A stretch of 63,270 nucleotides of DNA, the filler included, from Octopus bimaculoides (taxonomy: Eukaryota): NCBI RefSeq assembly GCF_001194135.2. It is 9 parts of 7 records of this genome, joined end to end, with 100 filler letters (N's around TTAATTAATTAA, not from the genome) between each part and the next. Parts side by side here need not be neighbours in the genome. Positions count along the whole stretch, not along the records: positions 1 to 13,123 come from NC_068981.1; positions 13,224 to 15,487 come from NC_069008.1; positions 15,588 to 37,304 come from NC_068986.1; 6 more parts are not named here. The stretch is one strand, 5' to 3'. A program made the position numbers and the translations under genes. The notes below the pieces were generated by a model. That model saw only the letters and a program-made list of their open reading frames with translations, did no database searches and was not told the DNA's origin. Positions 12,050 to 25,408 of the stretch are shown piece after piece (the stretch's first letter is position 1; every line of letters starts with the position of its first letter).

Positions 12050-12263
12050 TAGATTGCGGCCGTGCTGGGGCACCGCCTTGCCAAAAATTTCAAGCCTGAG
12101 ACTTATTCTACCGGTCTCTTTTGCACGAAATCCTAAGTTATGAAGACATAAACACACCAACACCGGTTGTCAAGCGATGGTGGGGATGAATACAGACACA
12201 AAGGCACACACACACATACATATATATGTGTGTGTGTTTATATATTTATATACACACATACAT

Positions 12264-12304
<41 letters not shown>

Positions 12305-12485
12305 CGCACACACATACACGCACACACATATATGACGGGCTTCTTTCAATTTCCGTATAACAAATCCACTCACAAGGTTTTGGTCAGTCCAAGACTATAG
12401 TAAGAGATGCTTGCCCAACGTGCCACACAGAGAAACTGAACCCTGGACCATGTGGTTGGGAAGCAAGTTTCTTAACCACACGCCC
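12050..12485 (-). mobile_element. SINE family B, near full length with (TA/CA)n core
   Basis: gcggccgtgctggggcaccgcc ... gacgggcttctttcaatttccgt ... accatgtggttgggaagcaag. Confidence 0.85.
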
Positions 12486-13031
12486 ACGCTATTCGCCTTT
12501 CACTCCCTCCTTGTGCCTGTATGAGATGTGTCATACTTATAGGAAATGTGAGTTCGAGTCCCACAGAAAAACTTCGAATTTTTGAATGCAAGGGGATATT
12601 TTACCTTGTATTTACTTATTATTTCTAGCTTTATCTGCTTCAAGATCCACCGTTCCAAAAAAGAATTCTATGATACTTAGAGCAACGAAGAGAAAAACAA
12701 AATGAAAGATACAAAATGGAGGAAGAAAATAAGGAGGATGCTTTTTTATCTTGAGTTCGGAGAATAAGTTTATGACAAAAAGCTGATCGAGATGAATCTT
12801 GGTTGGGCAGCAGATAATGGAGGATGATGGCGAAGTTGTGCAGAAGAGATAGGAGAGGACGAGGATTTGGGGCGTGTGTAGGGGTGAGGTGATAACGGAA
12901 GCATGGACGGGAGGTGGGGGTTAAGGGTTTGCGTAGAGGGATGGGTCGGGCGGGAAGAGTGTGAGATAGAATGAGTGTGTCAATAATTAGAACGAAAGAA
13001 ATGATAATATTGAATGCAATGAAAAGGTGAG

Positions 13032-13067
<36 letters not shown>

Positions 13068-13123
13068 CAGAGACAGACAGAGACAGAGAAAGAGACAGAG
13101 AGAGAGACAGAGAGAGAGACAGA

Positions 13124-13223
13124 NNNNNNNNNNNNNNNNNNNNNNNNNNNNNNNNNNNNNNNNNNNNTTAATTAATTAANNNNNNNNNNNNNNNNNNNNN
13201 NNNNNNNNNNNNNNNNNNNNNNN
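13124..13223. other. Artificial scaffold join N44-TTAATTAATTAA-N44 (also 15488-15587, 37305-37404, 42531-42630, 45232-45331, 56255-56354, 58375-58474, 61922-62021)
   Basis: Identical 100-bp layout eight times; the 12-mer has stops in all six frames and gives the ...LIN ends in the ORF track. Confidence 0.97.
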
Positions 13224-13545
13224 TGGTAAATAATAGGGGGCTGAGGACGGAACCTTGGTGGACCCCTACCTCTACCCGGAATTCATTGCTGTACTCATTT
13301 CCAACCCTCCCCTTACTGGCCGCATCTCTGTACATGGCTCGCACAGCTCTCACTAGCCATTCTTCTATCCCAAGTTTCCTCATTGACCACCAGATAAGGG
13401 ATCGGGGGACCCTGTCAAAGGCCTTCTCCATGTCAACGAAAGCCAGGTACAGAGGTTTATCCTTGGCTAGGTATTTCTCTTGCAACTGTCTCACTAGAAA
13501 TAAGGCATCAGTAGTGCTTTTACCTGGCACGAACCCAAACTGCAT
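13224..13545 (-). mobile_element. RTE-clade LINE reverse transcriptase fragment
   Basis: QFGFVPGKSTTDALFLVRQLQEKYLAKDKPLYLAFVDMEKAFDRVPRSLIWWSMRKLG...GVHQGSVLSPLLF: RT motifs, uninterrupted over about 107 aa. Confidence 0.93.
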
Positions 13546-13582
13546 CTCATATATACATATATATATATATATATAATATATA

Positions 13583-13613
<31 letters not shown>

Positions 13614-13661
13614 ATTATATGCATGAATGTGTAGAAATGTGTGTGTGTTTGTGCATATGTG

Positions 13662-13709
<48 letters not shown>

Positions 13710-14137
13710 CGTGCATGTGTGTGTGTGTGTGTGTGTGTTTGTATGTATGTATGTATGCATGTTTGCATGTATGTATGTATGTATATGAACATTAGGCATG
13801 CATGTATATGTGTGTTTCAGAGACTGTTTAGTCAAGACAATGCTGTTCCACCTGAGTGGACAACTAGGAGCTTCATCCATGATCATTAATGATGGAGAGC
13901 AGCCTCAGAAACTCATTTACACATTATTGTTTGTTTTGAATTCCCTGCATAGACATTCCTGGTTCCTTTGTTGTTTGCTCAACTGGGAGATTGGAAAGAG
14001 CATCCAATCATAGAAAATTCTGCTCCAACATATTTTCAGTCTGGTATCGAAAACTTGACACTGAGACAATGAAGGTGATGATGGTATGTTATACATACAA
14101 ACATACATACACACACATACATACAGGCATACATACA

Positions 14138-14171
<34 letters not shown>

Positions 14172-14238
14172 CATACATACATACATACTTTTATATATGC
14201 AATTCTTTTTTCCCAAATAAATTACACTTCATATTCAA

Positions 14239-14321
14239 GGCTCTGATGAAGCTATAAAGTGTTATGCAGGTACTCAACTTCGAGCCCACAGCAACTTATA
14301 GCAGAAACAGCTCTGTAAGTT
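14239..14321 (+). ncRNA. Type I hammerhead ribozyme motif with long stem II (Penelope-like)
   Basis: GGCT-CTGATGA-A-GCTATAA...TTATAGC-A-GAAA-CAG(CT)CTG-TA-AGTT; canonical core, predicted GUA site after 14317; stem I has 2 WC + 2 GU pairs; A-A mismatch at the base of stem II. Confidence 0.65.
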
Positions 14322-14459
14322 AATGAAGTTCATAAGATAATTATTTATTCCTTTATCATCTCTTTTCCTTATTATCACTGTATACTTATCTAATTCTCTG
14401 TTCTGAAACCTTCATATATTGAGTTCTACACCAGGTTATTAGTCTCACAATGCTTAAGC

Positions 14460-14539
<80 letters not shown>

Positions 14540-15202
14540 ACAGCCTCTGGATTATGAATATTCAACTTACAAACATCCATTGTTATAATTCAGCCTCCAT
14601 AATATTCATTATATATCTAAAAATATTGAGTTACATGTAGTAATTACTTATAACAATCATGCAGACATTTTTGTGACCCAAATCAAAACTTTTGTGACAT
14701 TTTTCAATAGCTTGTCCGGCTTAAGGAAAGTCTTGCCATTTTAGTTTGGACCACACTAGTGATATAAGAAAGAGACCATTTTGGACCAAAAGTCAATATG
14801 AAAATTTCTCTCATCGTAACTCCTACATTATAGTTAGTTCTAGCAGAACATCCACATTCAAGTGGGGATAAATATTACCTCTCAGTATTAATACTGCCTC
14901 TGTTGCTAAGATATATATTTTGGAGCAAGTTCACTGGCTAATCACAACACCAGTGTCTATTCTGGCACTGTCAATCTATATATCGCTGGTGGGTAGTTGA
15001 ATCACTTCTGTTTCTAGCAGTTGAGTGTTCATCATTAACAAGACCAAACAAGGTTGAAATTACATGATCTAGTGAACTTGACACTGGATGTGGTGGGGAT
15101 TTATCTCCCCACTAGTGGTATAAATAAGAGTGCATTTTAAATTATTTATATTATTTACATAATTTACATTTGACAGATATTTGTCCTCATCTTGTTTGTT
15201 GT

Positions 15203-15243
15203 TAACACAATGTTTCAGCTGATATACCCTCCAGCCTTCAGAG
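15203..15243 (-). ncRNA. Truncated hammerhead remnant (Penelope-like terminus)
   Basis: Minus strand CTGA-AGGCTG(GAGGGTATAT)CAGCT-GAAA-CATT-GTGTT; stem II and GAAA intact, core and 5' stem I strand incomplete. Confidence 0.35.
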
Positions 15244-15289
15244 AAATTTTGAACCTGGGTTCTCATTCCTAAGGTATTTTCTGATGTTG

Positions 15290-15381
<92 letters not shown>

Positions 15382-16364
15382 TATTATTATTATTATTGTT
15401 CAATAGTTTTATTTTTATAACGTGCTTTCACTTCACTACCGAGCACAGCTCTGTGTGCCTTGGGTATGTGCTGTGGTTTGTTGTGACNNNNNNNNNNNNN
15501 NNNNNNNNNNNNNNNNNNNNNNNNNNNNNNNTTAATTAATTAANNNNNNNNNNNNNNNNNNNNNNNNNNNNNNNNNNNNNNNNNNNNTACTGCTGTGTCG
15601 ACTCAATTCATGAAGTACTGAAGAACATCATGTTACACTTGTTCCAGTGAAGGAAATTGCTGAAATATGTTAAACGGTTAAAGTAAGCCATCTTAATGTT
15701 CACTTTACATCAAACATTTATGAATTTTGAGCGCATTCGAAATGGAGTGAAATCTTGTCTCTCCAGTAAATTTCCATTCTATATGCAATAATATTAGACG
15801 TAATCTTTCGTATTTTACAAAACTTTTCCTCTTCTTGTTTTGTTATTTTACTATAGCACAATCAGCTTGCTTCTTATTCAGTTTTCCAATCTGTTTGTCA
15901 ATTAAAAATTTGGTGACTTCATTTTTAGTGACCTTAATTTTCCTTTCGCTAGACTTTTTATATTCGAGCAATCTCATTTTCATGCTTCTTACTGGTTCAA
16001 ATTTATGAAAGCTAGCTCTGCGTTTTATCCATGAGAGTTTTCTTCCCTGTGAATATTAAGCATTTTTCCACTCACAAGAGGTTTCTACCGCTACCTTAGA
16101 CTCAATTATGATTGGTGGTTTCATTCAACAGATATGTTAATCGAAGCAGAGGTTGGCAAAACTATCCAAGATAATGAAACTTCATGCAAAATATATCATA
16201 TCATATTTGTGGATATTTCTGTAAGCCATTTTATTTATTTTCTACCTGTCTCTGCGTTTTGTATCGAAACTATAAGAGCTTGGGTCATTACTTTCCTCTA
16301 AAACTAGGTTGCTGGTTTGAAGGTTCATCGATCCTTGTATATTTTTCTCGAAGTGTACGACAAA

Positions 16365-16437
<73 letters not shown>

Positions 16438-17914
16438 TAACAATAATAGGAATTAATGATATTTAAGACACCGCGTGTGTATGGAAATATGCCACACTCA
16501 CAGACGAACCATTAATTCTGTTTGATTTTCTTTTATTTTCTCCATGAGTTACGTCTCAAAATTTAGGCACGAGCAAATAATTTTCATATAATGCCCGACA
16601 ACGCACACCAACAGTTGCATTAAATACGTATATGTGTGTATATATANNNNNNNNNNNNNNNNNNNNNNNNNNNNNNNNNNNNNNNNNNNNNNNNNNNNNN
16701 NNNNNNNNNNNNNNNNNNNNNNNNNNNNNNNNNNNNNNNNNNNNNNNNNNNNNNNNNNNNNNNNNNNNNNNNNNNNNNNNNNNNNNNNNNNNNNNNNNNN
16801 NNNNNNNNNNNNNNNNNNNNNNNNNNNNNNNNNNNNNNNNNNNNNNNNNNNNNNNNNNNNNNNNNNNNNNNNNNNNNNNNNNNNNNNNNNNNNNNNNNNN
16901 NNNNNNNNNNNNNNNNNNNNNNNNNNNNNNNNNNNNNNNNNNNNNNNNNNNNNNNNNNNNNNNNNNNNNNNNNNNNNNNNNNNNNNNNNNNNNNNNNNNN
17001 NNNNNNNNNNNNNNNNNNNNNNNNNNNNNNNNNNNNNNNNNNNNNNNNNNNNNNNNNNNNNNNNNNNNNNNNNNNNNNNNNNNNNNNNNNNNNNNNNNNN
17101 NNNNNNNNNNNNNNNNNNNNNNNNNNNNNNNNNNNNNNNNNNNNNNNNNNNNNNNNNNNNNNNNNNNNNNNNNNNNNNNNNNNNNNNNNNNNNNNNNNNN
17201 NNNNATGGATAGGTAGCAGGATAGATAGATCGATACATACATACATGCAGATAGATAAATAGATAGATAGCAATATATATGAATATATACGTATATGCAT
17301 TTATGTGCGTAGGCATAATTGCACATATGTACACGCATCGGCATATGTACACGAGCATAGACAAATAGATGCCTCCATAAAATATACACACCTATTTCTC
17401 AATCCATGTCAGTTTATTTATGCGTATATATATATATGTATATACACACTGATGTGCCCGATCTTTATGATGGAAAACATTCCTCGTACGTTCGCCATTT
17501 GCAATTGATTAAATGGCGCTGAAGTGTGTATTGAGTTGGGTTTCGATATTAAAGTGAACTGTATTGACAGAAGAGAAGCTATAATGCATTATTATCTTTG
17601 CAACGGTACAGAAAAAATATGGATATATTGAAACCTATTAACTAAAATATGGTGCCTAGATAACCTGGGAGTATTTTTCTATAATGCATTCAAACTAAAC
17701 ATTTATAAAATTGCGAATATATTTATATCTGTGAAGGAAAATACATGCCTACATAGACACATACATGCTGAAATAGATGCATACAAGGATGTTTATATCG
17801 TTGTATCCAAATGTAGATATATACACATTACACATATGTATTTAAACAAAGCACAAAAGAACTAATGCACGCCGACACACAGTCACACGCACACATACAC
17901 ACACACACACGCAC

Positions 17915-18020
<106 letters not shown>

Positions 18021-18102
18021 GCTTATATACACAATAAACCACTGGCGCAGGCCTACTGATATACATACACACACATATATACACATATATATCTATATAC
18101 AT

Positions 18103-18136
<34 letters not shown>

Positions 18137-18226
18137 AAGCATAACTATTTATGTGTCTGTTTTGTACAGAGATATGTATATGGCAGGGAGAAAGAAGAGA
18201 AGAATGAATTTTGAGACGCACATGAC

Positions 18227-18287
<61 letters not shown>

Positions 18288-20399
18288 ATGCAAGCATGTA
18301 TGCATTTGTTTGTGTATGTATATTTAGTGTGAGAGTACGATAACCCAACAGCATAAAAATACACTTTAATATGTCTTATCCGCCATTTTCTCCTGTAATT
18401 TTATTTTCGAATATAATTTAGAATATTTACATTTTGAAAATCTTGGTAAATAGGTCTAGGCAAAATATTGATTATTTCCTGTGTTTGGAATTATGGTTTG
18501 TAACCTAAGTCAGAATACCTGAGTCAGAATTGAAATGTTTTCTGTCCCAGAAGGATTTTGTTATATACACAATTAAAGAAGACTATATTAACCCTTGCAG
18601 GACACAAACAAACAAGCTATGATAATAATTATGAAAATAACTACATAGATTTTGCTAAAAGCTCCGTTATTTTTTATCTAAATAATGATTTTTTTATATT
18701 TATTTAAGCTTTTAAATTCATATTTTCATTTTTCTAAACATACGCCATCTTGTCAAATCCAGATGAATTTATAGTCTGTTGTATTTTAGTGAATTTCTTG
18801 AAATATAAAAGATCGAATTAGCAACTATTGTTGAAAATGAAAATAGGAAGATTTTCAAGAAATATCACAAAAAGAAACAAACAAAAAAAACAACAAATAG
18901 AACAAAACCAATCCCAACAGTGACAACAACAACTACAACAAAAACATTATTTTAAATGTACAAATTAAAGACCGTTGAAGATATTTCTAGCCTGGATATA
19001 AATCTACATTAAATAAAAATAGAGTTCTTTCTTTTATCCTAATTTATTCTTTTTCAACAATATTTTTAACCATCTGTAGGCAGTAGATTTACGGCAGATG
19101 TTGAAAGGCACCACATAAATTACTTTCTTATTCGTTTGGTTCGTTGAGTTTTCACACCTCACTTCATATCGTATCCTATAATTGAAATATATCTTATCGG
19201 TCCTCGATCAATTACTATGTATATAGTTACAACAACGTATTAAACAAAGTCAATTGTTAGATGCTTACGTAGCAGAAATTATTTTATTCTTCGTTTAATA
19301 TTTCCGTCATTGGCCTGCAGCCATACTGGGACACAAAACTTCAATTTGTTTTTAGTAAATTATATCGACAACTGTAATTATCCGCTACTAATTTCATTCC
19401 TGAGATTGTACGTAGCTCTTGAAATAAAGGGAAGTAAATGGAACTTGCTTGAACACGGCAGAAATTCTTTGCTCTGGCTTTACTCAATGCTGACGTAAAA
19501 TATATTTTAAACACATACCCATACATATATCTATGTATGTTTGCATAAGTGTGTGTGTATGTATCTATTAATATATTTACTTATAAATATATACACATAA
19601 ATTTATAAATATTTATGTGCGCGTGTGTGTATGCCTGTATATGTCTATAATACTGTGTGAGCTTATGTATGTTTAACTACTCACAAACACACAAGTATAT
19701 ACATATATATTTACAAATATTCGATATATCTTTTTTCAGCCATATTGCTTCTGTTCCATTTTGATATCATTGTGCTTCGCATTTAGTTCTTGTTTGTCCA
19801 TCACTGCTGTGATTCTGCCAATATCACTGTTGCAACTATTCGAACAATAACATGGAAGGTAACGGCTTTGCAATGTTAATGCGCCGAAACTCTGCTGCGC
19901 TATCTCACTTCATGGCTGATGAAAGGATCTCCATATTTATTTATCTATTCTGTTAATCGTTTTCATTTTCCATTTTTAGTTTTCATTCATATTTGCAGCG
20001 GACACAGAGTTGATATTTTCACTCCTTTCCACAGTGACCATGCTGTCTTTTTCTCCCTCATTGATTCTTGTTCTCACTTTTTATATTCTTGATTGTTTTC
20101 TCTGGTGTTTATTATTTTTATCATATTCTCTGCGCGGTTTACTAATCTTCACTCTCTCTATGTTCCTTCTGACTCTCACATGCTTCTTTACTTCCACATT
20201 TACTCTCGTATTTCTTTGCCTCTCTGAATTAAAATACGTAAAATATGCCTTCTCCTGATATGAGCTTCGTAAAAAGAAACTGTTATGAGCGTTTTGTTTG
20301 ATGTACTCGACTTACATGATTCCACGTGTATGTCAATATACATGTAGATATATTTATGCATATATACATATGCATACATATATATATATACATATATAT

Positions 20400-20440
<41 letters not shown>

Positions 20441-20520
20441 TATACATATATATAAATATATATATATGTATTCAAATACACAAATATGTATTTCAGAATA
20501 CGCATATGTATATATGTGTG

Positions 20521-20547
20521 TAACCCTAACCCTAACCCTAACCCTAA
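20521..20547 (+). repeat. Interstitial telomere-type repeat (TAACCC)4
   Basis: taaccctaaccctaaccctaaccctaa. Confidence 0.7.
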
Positions 20548-21564
20548 TGTTTCCTTCTTTTCCTGCAGATATATTTGATATCATTGTCGCATGTATATGT
20601 AATATTTTTGTTTTTTTTCTGAAGTCGTAGTATGTGTTACCAATGTGATTATTAGGAATTAAGTAAAGTATGTGGAACATCATACAATATACTTTTCGAA
20701 CTCCAAGACCGAGTTAATGCCACTTAATACAGAATAAAGTACACACAAGATAACTACTACTTTCAGGTGTCGATTCAAATACATCCTATCTTATGTGCGT
20801 ATACATACGTATCTGCATACACACGCACACACAAACATATATATATATCTGTGTGTCTGTCTGTCTGNNNNNNNNNNNNNNNNNNNNNNNNNNNNNNNNN
20901 NNNNNNNNNNNNNNNNNNNNNNNNNNNNNNNNNNNNNNNNNNNNNNNNNNNNNNNNNNNNNNNNNNNNNNNNNNNNNNNNNNNNNNNNNNNNNNNNNNNN
21001 NNNNNNNNNNNNNNNNNNNNNNNNNNNNNNNNNNNNNNNNNNNNNNNNNNNNNNNNNNNNNNNNNNNNNNNNNNNNNNNNNNNNNNNNNNNNNNNNNNNN
21101 NNNNNNNNNNNNNNNNNNNNNNNNNNNNNNNNNNNNNNNNNNNNNNNNNNNNNNNNNNNNNNNNNNNNNNNNNNNNNNNNNNNNNNNNNNNNNNNNNNNN
21201 NNNNNNNNNNNNNNNNNNNNNNNNNNNNNNNNNNNNNNNNNNNNNNNNNNNNNNNNNNNNNNNNNNNNNNNNNNNNNNNNNNNNNNNNNNNNNNNNNNNN
21301 NNNNNNNNNNNNNNNNNNNNNNNNNNNNNNNNNNNNNNNNNNNNNNNNNNNNNNNNNNNNNNNNNNNNNNNNNNNNNNNNNNNNNNNNNNNNNNNNNNNN
21401 NNNNNNNNNNNNNNNNNNNNNNNNNNNNNNNNNNNNNNNNNNNNNNNNNNNNNNNNNNNNNNNNNNNNNNNNNNNNNNNNNNNNNNNNNNNNNNNNNNNN
21501 NNNNNNNNNNNNNNNNNNNNNNNNNNNNNNNNNNNNNNNNNNNNNNNNNNNNNNNNNNNNNNNN

Positions 21565-21604
<40 letters not shown>

Positions 21605-22129
21605 TTGCATATGCTTGCAATCGTGCGTCTAATTACTGTGTACAATGTTGTGAATATGTGTAAGTGCATGCGATCACGAGATGGAATAGCAATATTCATT
21701 ATTCCTATCAAATAAACATCAACAACAAAAAAGACAAAGGTAAAAAGATAATAAGAAAAAAGAAGAGCAATGCTTCAGCTGACGTGTCTTTTGCTTTTTT
21801 TGTTTTTTTAATAGTGATCCAAATTATTTTCCCCCTTTGTTTTGATTGATAATGATCATAGGAAGGCTGAGATATTTAAATAGCATGGAATCGATAATTG
21901 ATAAAGCTTGTACTTAACTAATGGCCATATCAGATTGATTATACGACCGTGGCAACAATATGCTTGACTTATCAAAGTAAACACAGCAAAAGGAATACAA
22001 AACGCAAATAACAGATCAACAACAATAACAACAGCAACAGGGGCAGCAACAACGTCAATAGCTATGGCGACCACATCCATAATAACGACAATAATGAAAA
22101 ACAATATCAACAGCAATGTTGCTGTCGAT

Positions 22130-22299
22130 GATGATGATGATGGTAGTAGTAGTAGTAGTAGTAGTTGTTGTTGTTGTTGTTGTTGTTGTTGTAGCAGCAG
22201 CAGCAATGATGGTGTAGACAATGATAATGATACTCTTTATATTACTGCTATCTCTTGTACTAATGCTGCACTGCTTCTGTCTCCTTTACCACCACCACC

Positions 22300-22360
<61 letters not shown>

Positions 22361-22380
22361 TAATACCACCACCACTACCA
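22130..22380. repeat. Compound trinucleotide microsatellite GAT/TAG/TTG/CAG/CCA/CTA
   Basis: Direct reading. Confidence 0.95.
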
Positions 22381-22503
22381 CCACTACTTCTCTTACTATT
22401 GCTGATGTTGCTGTTATTAATGTATAACGGTAAAACGATCATAACAAATATAATATTATCAGCAAGCTAAAGAACAACAATCCTAATATTAATAACATTA
22501 ACG

Positions 22504-22665
<162 letters not shown>

Positions 22666-23530
22666 GGGCGGTAGGAATCATTGTTTAGAAACATTAGATT
22701 AAGTGCATTCAATAGAACGTGGTAGAATGCGCTGGGGTAGAGATTGCAAATGGCGGTGGATGGGTGTGCGTTGGCGCGAGCGGGTTGGTGGTACGTTGAT
22801 GGATAGAGAAAACAAATTAATAAAATCTATGGATGAACATTTGATGAGATGTTTTAGTAACTATCTTTATTATTATTATTATTATTATTATTATTGTTGT
22901 TGTTGTTGTTGCTGGTGTTGTTGTTGTTGTTGTTGTTATTATTTTGTTGTTTTTGTTGTTGTCATTATTATCATTATTATCATTATTATTATTGCTGTTG
23001 TTGTTACTACAACTACTACTATACACCGTCTATATGAAATGATGAGAAAAATAAATACATGTACAATACGCAATACACGAAATAAGCACCCGTAATGGAA
23101 GTATAATTAGAATAAAAAAGATAAATATACAAACTCAGAATGCAATTTTTTAAGATAAAAATTTTAACAAAGCTCAATGAAACTTCCATGTTTTTAGGAT
23201 TTGTTTCTTTGCTCGTATTTTTGTAATTTGCTTATGAATATTTATGGCAAGTGCTGGGTATTTTAGTAAATCATATTTATCTTCTAAAAAGTACTCACCA
23301 AAGCACTTTTGCATGCTCTCTTTCACTCTATGATGTATGCATCTCTCTCTATATATATTCACATTAATTCATGTATCTGACTACAACAAGATGAAGGAAA
23401 CAAATCAAATGAACATGTTGGAACGCATATGTCACTTATATACGTGATGAGTATATGCATATATACACGTTTATACATACATATGCACACACACGCACAC
23501 ACACTCACACACACATAGACACACACACAC

Positions 23531-23561
<31 letters not shown>

Positions 23562-23683
23562 CATACATATATATATATATATTCACACACACACACACAT
23601 ATATGATTAGAAGGAAAAAACAATATAAACAGAATACGCATACGTATTGTTAGTATAATCAAAATATTACTATGTGTCCGTGC

Positions 23684-23685
<2 letters not shown>

Positions 23686-23755
<70 letters not shown>
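23686..23755. repeat. (TA)n microsatellite
   Basis: Direct reading. Confidence 0.95.
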
Positions 23756-23758
<3 letters not shown>

Positions 23759-24189
23759 TATGTATACATACATGTATATGTATTTATTTATTTACACACA
23801 CACACACATATATTTAGAAAGGTAGATAGAGAGATGATGTATGTAATAACTACATATATAAATATATATCGTATATGATAATTACGTACACGCACACACG
23901 CACATACACACACACACATTATATGATACATATGTTTTACGCACACGGACACACACACAGGTTTTGCATGGTTGAAAGATCAACTAAAAGGCTTGGCGAC
24001 AGGACGGGCATCCGACCGTAAAACGCCACTCAGAAAACCTATTTAAATATGACAGCAGGGAAAGACGGATGTGAAAGAACGTTGGCGACAGCGTCAGCGT
24101 GACGTGGGCACCGCCGGCGACGACGACCACGTCGACAATGATTTTCATTATACTTCTCCAGCTGCAGCTACTGTTGCTTCCGCTGCCGG

Positions 24190-24244
24190 TGCTGCTGCTG
24201 CTGCTGTTGTTGTTGTTATTGATGGTGGTGGTGATGATGATGAC

Positions 24245-24286
<42 letters not shown>

Positions 24287-24335
24287 AAGAACGATGATGA
24301 TGATGACGACGATGATGTTGGTGGTGATGATGATG
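24190..24335. repeat. (GCT)/(GTT)/(GAT)n microsatellite
   Basis: Direct reading; source of the poly-D/poly-M ORFs. Confidence 0.9.
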
Positions 24336-24447
24336 CAGAGGAAGCAAAGAGGTACATCTGAGTTATATAGAATAGTCTACAAATATGAGCAGCTGCTGTT
24401 TTGTATGTGTTCGCGTTTGTGTGTGTGGGTGTGTGGGTGTGTGTGTG

Positions 24448-24478
<31 letters not shown>

Positions 24479-25277
24479 GACTGCCGGGGTGCATGATGTG
24501 TTTCTGTGGTGCAGCGTTGTTTTCAACAAGAGAAGTTCTTTCCCATATGCAGAGATTTGCTTAGTAAGTTACAAACGAATATATGCCGTGCGCTTCGTTG
24601 AATTCTTCCATCACACTATCAACTCCAATTGCTCACCAAAATCTCAATGAAAATAATCTCTCATGACCAATATATTTTTCACAATGTCCTTTAGCATTTC
24701 CTTCAATTCAGTTCTTTTTTCTTTCTGCTTTTGATCACGTGATATATCATAATCATATTGGCACTGTTTTTCGTCATGAAACAATGTAGAATTTGTTATA
24801 GAAATAATGACATTTATTCCATTTACTTTTTTCTTTTATTGATATGGCGGGCTGAATAAATCACTTGCACGTTGGACGAAATGATTTGCAACACTTCATC
24901 TGTCTCTTTGTGTTCTCATTTCAAATTCCGCTGAGATATTCTTTGCCCCTTTCATCCCTTTGGGTCGACAAAATATGTATCAAACAAGTATTGCGATCTA
25001 CGTCATCAAGGTTCCTCATCGCTTCAAAACTGCTGGCCTTGTGACAAAGTATGAAGATCTATTAAATATTTTCTTACTGTTGAATCAGTAACCGATTCAG
25101 ACTTTGTACTCTGACAATGAAATACTTATCTTATATCAACTGTATTAAACGTCAAACATTAATGAGTGCGTTTTATTGAAGAGTCCAGCCTGACATTAAG
25201 ATAGAATAATATATGTATAAAGAAAGAAAAGAATAAAGAGACCAATGGCAAAGTTAGAATTATATTTTATGTATAAA

Positions 25278-25326
25278 GTCTTACAGCTGTTTCAGGGAAA
25301 ATCCAATGTATCCCTTCATCGGAGAC
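25278..25326 (-). ncRNA. Minimal type I hammerhead ribozyme motif (Penelope-like)
   Basis: Minus strand GTCT-CCGATGA-AGGGA(TACATTGGATTT)TCCCT-GAAA-CAGCTG-TA-AGAC; stem I GTCT/AGAC, stem II 5 bp, palindromic stem III ACAGCTGT, GUA site; U4C core variant. Confidence 0.8.
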
Positions 25327-25334
25327 GGTAACAT

Positions 25335-25408
25335 ATATTATACATAATATACATAATATATATTATACATAATATACATAATATATATTATACATAATAT
25401 ACATAATA
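25335..25408. repeat. 23-25 bp AT-rich minisatellite TATATTATACATAATATACATAA, repeated again at 25621-25663
   Basis: Direct reading. Confidence 0.85.

Noticed and set aside
15600-16130. Coding-like lysine-rich minus-strand stretch (KIKVTKNEVTKFLIDKQIGK*...WKFTGETRFHSI)
   Set aside because: Interrupted by stops and I cannot assign a family; possibly a decayed TE.
19715-19900. Minus-strand frame ending MDKQELNAKHNDIKMEQKQYG*
   Set aside because: No recognisable homology; competes with the plus-strand exon candidate, and neither is supported.
20568-20630. Strong acceptor ttccttcttttcctgcag
   Set aside because: All frames stop within about 60 nt, no donor follows, and there is no FLVCR-like sequence.
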